The position numbers and the translations under genes were made by a program. 64,000 nt of DNA, taken from positions 496,001-560,000 of the forward strand of contig NW_027590261.1 of assembly GCF_964213995.1 (NCBI RefSeq). The letters are read 5' to 3'. Shown one piece after another: positions 39,901-52,779 of the stretch. The notes beneath the pieces are model-generated. The model ran no database searches. It was not told the origin of the DNA and saw nothing but the letters and a program-made list of their open reading frames with translations. Source of the DNA: Mustelus asterias. Lineage: Eukaryota. Position 1 is the stretch's first letter. Every line of letters begins with the position of its first letter.

Positions 39901-41450
39901 TGTGCTCGTCGTTCCACCAACTCAAACATCTCATGGAACGAGATAGGGAAAGAATACACAAACATACATGTTCATGTATTACAACATGTATCGTCTCCCT
40001 GAGTCATCTCTCAGTCTGCCTGTAATTCTTTCGATCCATCCATGACAATATCCTGATGTGTTGGAAAAATCATCATTGTTGCTAACAGGGTTTCAGAGAA
40101 GCTGCATAAATTGTCTTTCTTGAGAGATGGGTAAAATCCATATAGACTTACAACTTAAAACATTAAATTGCCTCCAGTACTGTTGCTGGGTAGATTTCTT
40201 TATAAATAGGGCTCATTGACAATGTGAAGGGTTTGAAGTTGGCTTGCAGCCAAGCGGTCAGTACTGAGGAAGCAGATCTACTGCACAAACACCCCCAGAT
40301 GCTTCCTGTCAATAACTTTGAGCATTTGGCAGCAGGCTGGATTGCTGCCAAATACTGTGTGGGAAAGATTAGTGTGAACCTGAATGGACAAAATGGGATT
40401 CAGCCATTTAAACAATAAACGTTTCATTCCCACAAGAATGACACATTTTAAATCGGAATCATTCTAATCAAAGATTTTCATTCAATGTCCTGTTCATTAT
40501 GTGAGTAAATAGCATCGCAAAACAATAAAGTGACCAGATGCTTTTTCATTTGTATAACTTCCAAATAAATGTCATTCCAATAATTAAAGTCTGTTTATTA
40601 ACCACTTCATGAAATGCGAGAGAGAGATGTTGATGGTCCCAATTCCCCAGTTAATTGAGATCAGAGCAATGGCACAAATGCATCGAAATAATATTAAAAG
40701 AACATCATAAAACTGACATGAACAGCGGGAATTCCTGGAATATTCTGAAAGTTTTGCATCCTATTTAAACAGCAGCGTCTCTTGTACCTGATTAACACCC
40801 TATTCTATTGTACAGTATAATCTGATTCCTGTTATTGAAGAGTTCCTCTCATAGCTGCCAATGAGTGGAGAAATGATCAGTTCATAACCTGATTCAATGG
40901 AAGGTAAAACATTTATTCTTGTGATATTGTGCAATGTGCAGCAAAGCCCTGATAAATTGTGTTCCCAATACCAATAAATATTAGACAGCCGGTGGCCAAT
41001 AGAGTGAGCTGCCACGATTTGGCTGCTGAAGGAGAACTTTAATGATCTCCGTGTCCGTTCCGATTCATTAACTTCTCTGTCAAAAGTCGATGTTAATTTT
41101 ATGTTTTTCTCTCTCAACTCACTACTTAATTATCAGGAAGGCGGGATTCTTATTATTTTCAAAGGGCTGTCTTCGAGATTGGGGTCGTTTGACAAATATA
41201 AGGAGAAACATTGTATTGTGTGAGAGTTTCTTCTCATCTCCAAACCCAAATTGTACAGTGATAGCCATCCGCACTGTAAATAGAATCACTTTGTTCATAC
41301 CCCTCATTTAGTTACAGAAATCGGTAAAAATTCTTCTGATAAATGATGCTTTATTATTGTAATCTGACAGAGACCCGGAATTGTTGCAACACAGACTGAC
41401 GGTCTCTTTATTTTCCACAAATGTTATTTCATCATTTTTAGATTTGTGTT
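36930..41450 (-). pseudogene. Unidentified multi-exon gene relic, copy beta-2 (most complete; head-to-head with the functional VH)
   Basis: Exon-like blocks at ~41273-40788, ~40665-40559, 40379-40172, 40118-~39996, 39379-39116, 38918-38780 and ~37700-36930. Several have polypyrimidine/AG acceptors or GT donors (some decayed). One reading frame is conserved across paralogous copies, with scattered stops. Confidence 0.65.
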
Positions 41451-41679
41451 CTTCTTGGGGGCGTGGTAATAAAATCACCATATTTACAATGGAATTAGTT
41501 ATTTTAAATAAATAAATGATGAATTGCAATATCACCATCAGAAATAATGGAGACAATACAATGGACATATTCAGCCAAACAAATATCCCGACACAGATAA
41601 AATGTCCATTTTAACATTAACCTATTGTAAATCTGGAAGTCCATTCTGTTGGGGTGTGGAAGGTGGGACCTGGATCCAG

Positions 41680-41760
41680 TTACCGCCTCCAGCAGGGAAT
41701 CAACAGGCGGCGCCTGGAAAGCCGCCCCCTACTGCCGGGTATTTAAATGCCGCTCACCGG
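41680..41760 (+). promoter_or_regulatory. VH promoter region
   Basis: TATA-like TATTTAAAT at 41740-41748, ~100 nt upstream of the ATG; GC box GCCGCCCC at 41721-41728; locally CpG-rich. No ATGCAAAT seen, consistent with octamer-less shark VH promoters. Confidence 0.7.
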
Positions 41761-41838
41761 GACCGGAATCCAACAGTCCGGGAGGTGGTTTGTTCATTGA
41801 GTTCCTGACACAACCATTTCCCCCAAATCACCAGAAGG

Positions 41839-41884
41839 ATGAGGTCGGCGATTTCTCTCAGTTTGTTGCTGACTTTCTTATCCG
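41839..41884 (+). CDS. IGHV: IgM VH leader (signal peptide) exon
   Basis: ATG at 41839 gives MRSAISLSLLLTFLS+G, followed by the donor GTGAGT at 41885. The 132-bp phase-1 intron ends TTTTTACAG at 42016. Confidence 0.95.
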
Positions 41885-42016
41885 GTGAGTAGTTTTTTTT
41901 CATTGCCTAAGTCTCCCACAGTTACTGTCTCAGTTTTAGTCCATCTCTGTAATACTCCAGAGTAAAAAATCATTACACCAGGATTAATCCTCGGGTTTTT
42001 TAATCTATTTTTACAG

Positions 42017-42321
42017 GTGTCCAGTCGGAGGTTGTGTTGACTCAGCCAGAGGCAGAGACCGGGCGTCCAGGAGGCTCCCTGACACTGACCTGTAAAACCA
42101 GCGGCTTCAGTCTTAGCAGCGCTTACATGTACTGGATCCGACAGGTTCCAGGACAGGGGCTAGAGTGGCTGCTGTGGTACTATAGTTCATCTAGCAACAA
42201 CTACGCCCCAGCAATTAAAGATCGATTTACTGCGTCCAAAGACACTTCAAGCAACATCTTCTCTTTGGAGATGACGAGGCTGAAGACCGAAGACACCGCC
42301 ATCTATTACTGTGCAAGACAC
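42017..42321 (+). CDS. IGHV: IgM VH exon, open and apparently functional
   Basis: (G)[100 protein letters not shown]: both Cys, the WIRQ Trp and the DTAIYYC motif are present, followed by an RSS. Confidence 0.97.
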
Positions 42322-42360
42322 CACAGCGAGAGGAACTAGGGATGGACCCGAACAAGAACA
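42322..42360 (+). other. VH 3' recombination signal sequence, 23-bp spacer
   Basis: CACAGCG (42322-42328) + 23 nt + ACAAGAACA (42352-42360). Confidence 0.92.
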
Positions 42361-42731
42361 GCTCGAGAGGGAATTCAGCAACTTCCATCATAACCTGAAG
42401 GTCAGTGCTTGTTTTAAATGTAGTATTAACGACAGTGACCAGAACCAAAACACAAACTGCTTCTGACAAACCCAACTTAGTGAAAATTAAACATTAAACC
42501 AAGAAAACACACAGACATAATGGGCTGAGCTTTTCACTCTGTTTATATTTACTGTTAACAGTTTCAGCAATTACACACCTGGATATAATGCTCGTTTTAA
42601 TATTTCTGATACTTGGAGGAGATGTTTCTAGATTGTGTTTTGTGAACTGCTGCATAAATTGTAAATTACATCGAAATAATGGTCTATTTGAAGTGAATAT
42701 TGAGCGGCAGTACTGAACAGAGACTGAGTGC

Positions 42732-42811
42732 AGTTTTTGTGCGAGTGTCTGTCACTGTGATACAGCAGTGGGTCACTGTGCTGAGCACAGCGACATCCTC
42801 ATACAAAAACC
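42732..42811 (+). other. IGHD: D1 segment (ATACAGCAGTGGGT, 42760-42773) with 5' 12-RSS and 3' 22-RSS
   Basis: AGTTTTTGT-12-CACTGTG, then D, then CACTGTG-22-ACAAAAACC. The 12/22 arrangement is the established shark D1 pattern. Confidence 0.93.
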
Positions 42812-43109
42812 TCATGGAAAGAGATTGCTCAAATTGGTGATCAGTGCCACAGCAGGAGTTTCAAAGTAAATGAGGCTTCAGTGAAATAATGTGTGGAAGT
42901 GATATTAGTTTGTGAAAAGGTATAAAAATCTTCCCATAAAATCTATATTTACCGATATGCTAAATCTACACAGAGTTTAAAAGCATTCCGATCCCCTTTA
43001 TAAATACAATGACCAGGACAAGCTGAAATATCTCACTCATTCGCTCGTGGATGAGGCAGAATCAGATTTTTGAGACAGCAGTGAAATTAAACAGTTAGGA
43101 GTCGGGCAC

Positions 43110-43177
43110 AGTATTTGTCATGCTGTGTCTCACTGTGATAACTGGGTGGCACAGCAGTTACTGTCAATACAAAAACC
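43110..43177 (+). other. IGHD: D2 segment (ATAACTGGGTGG, 43138-43149) with 12/12 RSS
   Basis: AGTATTTGT-12-CACTGTG, then D, then CACAGCA-12-ACAAAAACC. Confidence 0.93.
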
Positions 43178-43504
43178 CCTCAGCACTAATTGACCGAGAC
43201 TGGGGCAGTGCTCTGTTTTCCAATCCAGCATTATTTACAGTGCTGTATTATTTATGTCCCAGCCCTACACAAATAGCGAGAATTAATATGGGAAATTTAT
43301 GATAACTATTTGATTATCAGTTGGTGTTTTCAATAACTTGATCATGTGACCCTCTATGAAATATAAAACATTAAGGTTATTTATGTAGAGCGAACGGTAT
43401 CCACCAGTACAATAATAATTTCATGAAAATGCAGTGATTTGCTTTCCCTCTGGCTTGTGAATTTTTAAAATACTGATGGATTTCTGTCTATTTTGTGCAG
43501 AGAT

Positions 43505-43543
43505 GGTTATTGTATGACCCAGCATAGAGAATGTGACACTGTG
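43505..43543 (-). other. JH 5' RSS, 23-bp spacer
   Basis: GGTTATTGT (43505-43513) + 23 nt + CACTGTG (43537-43543). Confidence 0.92.
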
Positions 43544-43591
43544 ACGCCATGGGCTACTGGGGACAAGGGACCATGGTGACGGTGACTGCAG
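43544..43591 (+). CDS. IGHJ: JH segment
   Basis: AMGYWGQGTMVTVTA carries the WGxG motif; phase-1 donor G/GTAAG at 43592. Confidence 0.96.
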
Positions 43592-46500
43592 GTAAGAACC
43601 ATGCATTTATTTAGTGAGTGTTTTATTTGAGTTTTTGTTTTATACTTTTTCTCGATTTTATTAATTCATTCGTTCAATGTAATGTGGTTTGGTGGATTCT
43701 GTGCTGAAAATCTTTACAATGTTTCATGTGATCCTGCTTAAAATGGGGGTTATAGAATTCTACTGTTAATTGACAAAAGGTGATACTGAGTGATTCAGTC
43801 TCTTGTTGTGATTTGGTGTTTATCTGCTGAGGACATTGTGTGGCTGGGTTACTTTAAATGCCTTCCTTTTGTTAAACAGTTCGGCGTTTCTTCAATGTTT
43901 AATCTCGGTGACATCTAGTGGCTGCGAGTTGCACCATCTACTGCACAAGTGTTTAAAATCTAACCCAATATTAACAAAATGTGTTAAAGTTTCTGCTTTA
44001 ATGTTGCGAACATGTTCCGCTTAATCACAATCTGGTTTTGTTATGTCATTGTTGTGCTCATTTTAATCATTAGTTGCTTTGGTGATGGTCAGGTTGGCTG
44101 GATTTTAAATTGAGATTTTCTGCCAATGTGAAATTTGATTCTGTTGCAACTGTTTGTAGAATTGAGCTGCTTCTGCATGAACCGGGGTTCAGTCCCTCAG
44201 TGCTGCGTGTTTCTGGTGAGGAGGTTGTCTGTCTGGGTGACTTTGAATAAGTAAAATTTGTGAAATGGTTCGGAGATTCTGCATTGTTTACACTCGGTGA
44301 CACTGAGCTGTTACACATTTTGTGATTGAATACAAACAGTCTGCGGGTTTTAAACTACTTGACGTGTGCCTGCAGACAGAAATCAGGCAGGCTTTATTGT
44401 ATTTGTATTTTTTTTAAATCGGAGCTGATAAGTGCAGGTTAAACCAAACCACGGTTTATGCCACTCGTCCAAAACATAGTTTGCCACTGCATTCACAATT
44501 TGGGATACATGCCATGTTTAACCTCGGTGGCATCTGACGGCTGCAGCTTTTACCCACCCAATATTTAAATATGTTTGAAATCTGTTTGAAATATGACCCA
44601 ATATGAATAGAATGTGGTAAAATTTCAATATTAATTTGTTGGACATATTCCACCTCCTCGCAATGCTATTGCTCTTATTCCAAATTTCTGTTTAGTTCAA
44701 TCATTCATATATTTGGTGACGAGCTGGTTTACCGGATTGAATATTGAGATTTCCTTGCAATCATATTTTTGATTTTGTTGAATGGATAATTGAGTTGCGT
44801 CCCCGTGAAACGGATTCATTCCCTCATTGATGTGTTTTGGTGTGTTTCTGTTGAGGAGGTTCTGTTGTTAGGTCACTAAGAATGTTTAAAATGTGTGAAA
44901 TGTTTTGGTGTTTCTGCATTGTTTAAACTCGGTGGCACTGAGCGGTTACACGTTTTCTGGTTAAATGCAAATAATCTATGAGTTTGAAAATCCTTGTAGG
45001 GAGAAAATAAGCAGGTTGTGAAAGAAATAAAATAAAGGTATTACAGCATTTTTATAAATTTTAACTAACTCTTAGAAATTAAAATAAATCATGTCTTACA
45101 ACGTTCAATCGGACACTAAGTAGTTGCTGCAAAAACAAACTTCTCATTAACAAGTTTGACAGTAAAATTAATATAAATCAAACTGTTATTAATCGGTAAC
45201 ATAACTACATATTCACAAAAGATTATTTTCTATTCATATCATTTCGCATTAATCGGCTTTAATAGTTCTGCTGTGCTTTGCATACAATTAACATGACCAA
45301 AAAAGTTTCTCGGCTGGAAATATTTTGTGATAATTCCAGAAACTATTTCACTGATAACATGCTGTTTCCACAGCAGCGCTCAGTTCAACAAGATACTTTG
45401 CATTAATTGTTATATCCCCGATGAAGTTCGCATTCACTTAAATATGAGTTTTGGTGAATAATTGGCAATAAAACGCTATTTGGCAATTTTTGTGCCCGAT
45501 TATTACATTGTTTCTGTGCAGGCGCAGCATTCCTTCCAAGTAATTTGTAGTTGGATGCAGAGGTAATTAATCACTAATCTCATCTCAAAATTTGTGAAAT
45601 GGTTTGGTGTTTCTCAATTGTTTCTGTATTGTTTCAACTCGGTGATCCTGAGCGGTTACACTTTTTCTAGCTAAATGAAAAAAACAAACTGCGTTTAAAC
45701 ATCCTTGTCAGGATAAAACAAACTGGTATCGGAAAAAATAAAATAAATATATATTTGAGCATTTCATTCATGTTAACTGATGCTTGCAGATTAAATTAAA
45801 TCATGAATTACAATTCTTACTGCGTCACTGTATCTCTGTTAGGGACATTACACTACACTGGATCTGTTACATCTGATGTGCTCATTTTCAGAAAAAAAAA
45901 TATTTTTTGCCTAGTTTTCGAGATTTGAGATAGACAGGGAGAAATAGTTAAAAGTCGAAGGGAATTTTGAAATGAATATCAGTTTAATTTAAGAGAAGTT
46001 ATTGATTTTTGTTGTTATAGTTTGAAAATTGATCAATTAGAATCCCACAGTTTGAATAAATTTGACAGAGTGAACACAGTTTTCTGACAGGGGGAATTCG
46101 CTAACACTAAACAATTGTTCATATAATGGTGTTTGAATTGTCGTAAGGTGTCAACAGAAACTGGCTAGAGATTTACAATTTAATACTTGAAATTCAAATA
46201 ATTAATTTTTTATAATATTATAATATTTTTATATTAATATTTGCTCTGCATTTAATAATAACATCCTGTCTCCCATTACTGCTGAACATAGAATAGAATT
46301 ATTGGATGAATAAATGACAGAATGGAAGAATTAATTCTATTTGAGCATGATGTTTAATTAGTATTAAATATTATACTGAAGAAAAAGTCTCGACTTATTT
46401 TGTGCATCATGTTTCAGTGTTGCAGAGGATTTGAATCAATTGTCCTCATTGTGTTTTTCATTGTTTAATTCAGAACTTCTTAATTTAAACAATATGTTCA

Positions 46501-48449
46501 GTAATTAAATTATATGGATGGTCCAAATTATTAAATCTAGGAAGCAGCTTCATTGACCTCAAACTGCCAGGCCGTTACAGTATATACACATTCAGAAACA
46601 TGCATTCTTAACACGTTTGCAGGTTATAATAAGGCATTTGGAGTAAAAGTGGAAATGAAAAAACATGACAATGTTATTCGATTGAAGCAAATGAATTACA
46701 GATGTCTGAATCTTTCCATTCAGGAATTTGAAGTTTATTGTTTGAGATTTAATTGGAACCCAATTACTTCACAATGTTCGAGGCAGGGAAAGTTTTGAAT
46801 GATTGAAAACTGATTTTATTACGGAGTACAAATCAGCTAATAGGAAAAGTAACCGGCAATTAACAAAACAAAATATAATATTGGTGCTAATTAATTTAAA
46901 ACAAAATACCTTGAATAATGCACGGGCGTGCAAAGTATCATCCGTTTCAGAGAATGTTTAATTGTATCGAAAATGAATTCAGAAACAAAACCTTTCTTTT
47001 ATCAGCTATGCTTAGCTCGATAAGGTGTTTTACCTCGAATATTTTGTTGATTACATTTAATTAAGAAATTAGATCGAATCAGGTAATGATTTTCAATGTA
47101 AATGTTTCTTGGTTTATTTAATCCTTACTGTGTCACTGTATCTCTGTCCGGGACATTGAACTGTCCTGAATCTGTTATTTTTGATTCCTAATTTTCAGCG
47201 AAATTACATTTTTACATAGTTTTCGAGAAGTGAGACAGGCAGAGAGACATAATTAAAAATCGACAGGAGTTTTGAAATGAATATCAGTTTTATTTAAAAG
47301 AGGTTATTGATTTTCTGTTGTAAATTGATCATTGATCAATTAGAATCAAACAGTTTGAATTAAATTGACAGATTGATCATACCTACCTGCTGGGAAATCG
47401 ATTGTTGCACCGTTTGTGTCTGTTCTGTTTCTGCGCGCGTGGTAACTGTGTTGGGACCAGGAATCTGCCTGACTGGTTGTAAAACTTCTGGTTCCTTCTG
47501 CTGTATTTCAGGGAGTGAAATTTGATTTATTTCTTCAATAAACTTGTATCTGTGAGAAATGTGACAGTTTGACTTGATGTTTGTCTCGGCGTCTCAGAAA
47601 TGAGATCCCTAAAGCATATTGTGACCATCAGAGAGAGCAGAAACTTCAGATTGTAGAGGGAGATTTGGATGATTTTTAACCAGTGATGTACCGGCCTTGG
47701 GAATGTTCGATGAGCAAATGCAAAGTGAGATTGTGCTCCGTAGTAAAGCAGTCCATGACCTGTTTGGTATGACAGTTGAAGGGTCAAATTCATTTGCATC
47801 TTATTTTTAATCTTCTAAACCCATTTTAGAGTCATTTGCTCGGCCAGAAGTTTTAATCATCAATAATTGTTCCTTGAGAAAGTGTTGATATGAAGCATCC
47901 TTGAATAACTGCAATCCATATGCTGCAGGCATCCGCCGTGCTGTTAGGTGGAAGTTCCAGGATTTTGACCCAGAAGGAACTGAGGTATTGTTTCAAGTCA
48001 GGATGGTGTGTGTCTTGGAGGGGAGCTTGCAGGTGGTAGTCTTCATATGTGGCTGCTGCCCTTATCCTGTTAGGATATAAAGGCAACGGGTTTGGACAGT
48101 GTTTACTATGGAGCCTTGGTGAGTTGCTGCAGTGCATCTTGTATATAACACACACTGCTGTCACTGCTTGTTAGTGATGGACAGAGAGAATAGGGTGAAT
48201 GAGGGGGCGGATAATCTTGTGGGTGGCTTTGCCCTGGATTGTGTCAAATTTCTTGAGTTTTTACAGGTTTCCCTCATTGAGTAGGGTGAATTATTCAATT
48301 GCGACTGATTGCGAAAGATTTAAATGTTTTTCCAACCCTTGGCCCGCGCTCCGTATTGTGCTCACTTGTCACTCCCACTTACTGTGTGAATGGGTGAGTA
48401 TGTGTGGAGTGAGTGTGTTTTCCAGACTGAATCAGCCAAATAGAGACTT

Positions 48450-50000
48450 ATACACATCACACACTCTCACACACATAAATACTCTCATATTCTCTCACAC
48501 ATGCACACACACAAACATACATACTCACACTTACTTTCTCTCTCATACGGTCTCTCTTACACACCCATACACATTCTCTCTCTCACGTTACACATACACT
48601 CTCTCAATACAAATACATACATCGTCTCGCTCTCTCCATCAATCTCTCACATCCCCATACACAAAAGCGCTCACATCCCCACACACCCACCCATTCTCTC
48701 TTACACACAGACACACACTCTCACATAAGCACAGTCTCACACTCTCGCGCACGCACTCTCACATGGACTCTCTCTCTTCCACTCTGTCACACACGCTCAA
48801 GCTGTCTCACATTTCTCCACACGCTCTCTCACAATTCCTCTTGCACACGCATCTCTTCCTCTCTCTCACACACACACACGCACATATTTCTATTTCTCTT
48901 GCGCACACTATCTCACACCTCTGCATTCTTGCTCTCACACACTGGCTCTCTCACAATCACTCTCTCACAAACATAGAACATGCACACACTCTAACACACA
49001 CTCTTACACACAGACACAGTCTCTCCCATAAGCACAGTCTCGCGCACACATTCGCTCTCTCACACACACATGCACTATGCCTCTCACATTCCCTCTTCCG
49101 TACACTCTCACTTCGTCTCACACACATTCCCATGCTCTCTCTCTCTCATACGGACACTTGCACATGTATTCTCTCACACAGGCACATATTTCTCTCTCTT
49201 TCACACGCTCACTCCCTTACACATTGTCTCACATGCACAACCTTGCTCTCAAACACTGTCTCTCACAAACACCCTCTCTTTCACACGCACACAATCTCTC
49301 ACACAGTCTCTACTTCTCTTACATACGAACACACATGTATGTACAATGTATCTCTCTTTAAACACTCCACCTATCACAGACACATGTTCTCTCAACAGTT
49401 ATTTCACTCACACACACTCACGCATCCATTCTGTCTAAGTTTCACACTTTTTCTCGCTCACACACACTCTCCCCGCCCCTCCACACACACACACACACAC
49501 ACACATACACTCAAACACCCCACATTGCTTCTATCTCCCACACACATTGTACACATCTTTCGCACTCACACGCCATCCCATGCACAGTTTCACACACTGA
49601 TGAACATATTATTTTGCTTTCCAATAGGCACTCCCTCTCACACACACTGTCTTTCACATGAACACAACACTCTCCCACACACACACCCTCCCTCAAGCAC
49701 ACACACTCTCTTTCACAGACATCGTGTATCTCAAATAGACACACTCCCTTTCACATCAACATACACACAATCACACACAGAAGTACTCTTTCACACAGAC
49801 TCCCCACACACACTCTCCCCGCCTCTCCACACACATACATTTTCAAGAAGAGACACACTGTCACACACAAAGAATAACTCTTCAAACACACATTCTGTCT
49901 CACACACACACATTATCTCACACATCCTTTCTCTCACGCACACTCTCTCCTCTTGCACGCACAGCCCACTGTCTCACCCACGTGCAAACGCATTCTATCA
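48450..50000. repeat. CA/CT-rich low-complexity tract
   Basis: Degenerate (CA)n/(CT)n mosaic; source of the spurious 667-aa His/Thr ORF. Confidence 0.9.
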
Positions 50001-50169
50001 NNNNNNNNNNNNNNNNNNNNNNNNNNNNNNNNNNNNNNNNNNNNNNNNNNNNNNNNNNNNNNNNNNNNNNNNNNNNNNNNNNNNNNNNNNNNNNNNNNNN
50101 NNNNNNNNNNNNNNNNNNNNNNNNNNNNNNNNNNNNNNNNNNNNNNNNNNNNNNNNNNNNNNNNNNNNN
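50001..50169. other. Assembly gap (169 N)
   Basis: Run of N. Confidence 1.
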
Positions 50170-50194
50170 GTCAGAGTGTCTGTCCTTGACACCA

Positions 50195-50510
50195 TAGAGT
50201 AGAATCATAGGATGCTACAGTGCAGAAGGAGGCCATTCAGCCCATCGAGTCTGCACCAACAGCAATCCCACCAAAGCCCTATCCCCATAACCACATGTAT
50301 CTACCCTAACTAGTCCCCCTGACACTAAGGGGCAATTTAGCACGGCCAATCCACCGAACCCACACATCTTTGGACTGTGGGAGGAAACAGGAGCACCCGA
50401 AGGAAACCCAAACAGACACGGGGGGAACTTGCAAACTCCACACAGACAGTGACCCAAGTCGGGAATCCAACTCTGAGGCAGCAGCGCTAATAACTGTGTC
50501 ACCGCCACCG
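50195..50510 (-). mobile_element. V-SINE followed by a poly-C tract (50510-50570)
   Basis: Minus-strand head, V-domain and tail. Confidence 0.8.
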
Positions 50511-51109
50511 CCCCCCCCCCCCCGTCTCGACCCCCCCCCCCCCCACCCCCCCCCCCCCCACCCCCACCCCGGTGGCATTTGAATGAGGGTGGGATCAAAG
50601 GGCCCGAGTAAAACTAGTCAATAAGAATCGGCGGGAAATTCTTCTCTGTTTGGAGTCATACTTAGCACAAAGCAACACGGTATTGGTGGTTGGAGGTCAA
50701 ACATCTAGGTTCAGATTTCACTGCAGGATTTCGGCAGGGGAGTGTTCTGGGACTAACAATCTTCGACTGCTTCAACAGTGACATTCCATCCAACATGGGG
50801 TCAGAAGTAGGAATTTCCATGTGCTACACCGGACAAAAACACCCAAAAAATAAGAAGGGAATTGGCTGAGACCAAGGCCGCCTGGCTCCCCAATACTGGT
50901 TGATTCCTGTGTGACCCATCCTAGTTTTGCTGTCAGCTTCCCTACAGCTCCCTCAGCCTGACTATTTGTTCACTGGTACGTGTTTCTTAAAGAAAGACAC
51001 CGACATTAAAGCAGCTGCCCGGTGATTTACACATCCCTGTTACTGAAAGCTGATCAATGTGGAGAATCGGGAAAAGATCGATGGAGAGGAAGAGGTGGAG
51101 GTGGCCCAC

Positions 51110-52605
51110 TGACTCTCTCACCCTCACCCACACTTCCTCACTCACCCTCAATCTCTCATCCTCACTCAAAGAACTTGACTCACTCACCCTCACTTACCCA
51201 CCTTCCCTCGCTGACACACTCTCACTCATTCATCCCCACTCACAAATCCCAACTCACTCATCCCAACTCACTCATCCCAACTCACTCACCCTTGCTCACT
51301 CATCCACCCTCACACACTCAATTTCACACACTCAACCTCACACACTCAACTTCACACACTCAATTTCACGCACTCAACCTCAGAAACTCACTGATCCTCA
51401 TTCACCCTGAGTCACTCACCCTCACACCCTCACTCACTCAAAATCACTCACACACATTCGCTCTCTCACTCTCACCCATCCTCACTCACTCACCCTCATT
51501 CACTCACATTCACACCCTCATTCACTCACCAGCACTCACTCACTCACACTCACTCGCCCTCACACACCCTCATTCACTCACTGTCACTCAGTCACCCACA
51601 CTCACACGCTATCACTCACTCAACCTCACTCACTAACCCTCAGTCACTCACTCAGAGCCTCAGTCACTCACCAACACTCATAGTCACCTTCGTTCACTCA
51701 TCCCACTAACCCATCCTCACTCACCCAGTCTCACTCACTCTCACTCACTCAGTCCACTTATCCACCCTCACTTATCCAGTCTCACTCACTCTCACTCACC
51801 CTCACTCACCCCACTTACCCACCTTCACTCATCCAGTCTCAATCACTCTCACTCACTCACCGCACTTACCCTCCCTCACTCATCCAGTCTCAATCACTCT
51901 CACTCACCCTCACTCACTCTCCCCACTTACCCACCCTCACTCACCCAGACGCACCCCCACACACTCAAGCTCAATTACCCTCTCCCTCTCACGTACGCCA
52001 CCTGACCCATTCAAACTCACTGAGACTCACGCACCTACATTCACTCACACACCCTCACATATTCACCATCACTCACGTTCACCCACCCTAACTCACAGAT
52101 CCTCAATCACTCATCCTCAGTCAAACACCTTTACTCACTCACCTTCACTCATCCACCCATCCGCATTCATTCTCCCTCACACACTCTCGCACACCACCCT
52201 CAATAACACACCCTGACTCACTCATTCTCTCACCCTCACTTACTAAGTCACATTCACTCCTCACCCTCATTCACTCGCTCTCACTCACCCACCTTCACTA
52301 ACCTTCACGCATCCTCACTCACTCACCCTCATTCATTCTCTCTTACCGACACTCACTCACCCACCTTCACTCACACATTCAGCCACCTTCACTCACCCAC
52401 CCTCTCTCACACACCCTCATTTAGTCACGCTCTTTCACCCTCACCCACACTCACTCACTCACCCTCAATCACTCATCCTCACTGAAAGAACTTCACTCAC
52501 TCACCCTCACTTACCCACCTTCCGTCACTCACACACCATCACTCATCCACTCTCACTCCTTCAATCGCTCACCCTCACGCACTCACATTCTCTCACTCAC
52601 ACTCG
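51110..52605. repeat. (CTCA/CCCTCA)n-like C-rich microsatellite tract
   Basis: ACTCACCCTCACT-type repeats with almost no G on the + strand. Confidence 0.9.
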
Positions 52606-52779
52606 CTAAACCTGTGTGTGGAGGTCTGCAACGAGAGAGAAGAAAGATCTCAAGCGGCAGTTAGTTTGGTGTTCAAATGTGGGAGCTGCCCTGCGAATGT
52701 GGAGAGCTGGGGGGAATCCCTGGGGGCTCAGGGCCAAGGACAATGGCAAAGAGCCGTGGAGAACAGGAGGCGTGGTAAA

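Noticed and set aside
48199-50202. 667-aa His/Thr/Ser/Leu-rich ORF
   Set aside because: Translation of CA/CT low-complexity DNA, running through an N gap; stop codons are compositionally rare there.
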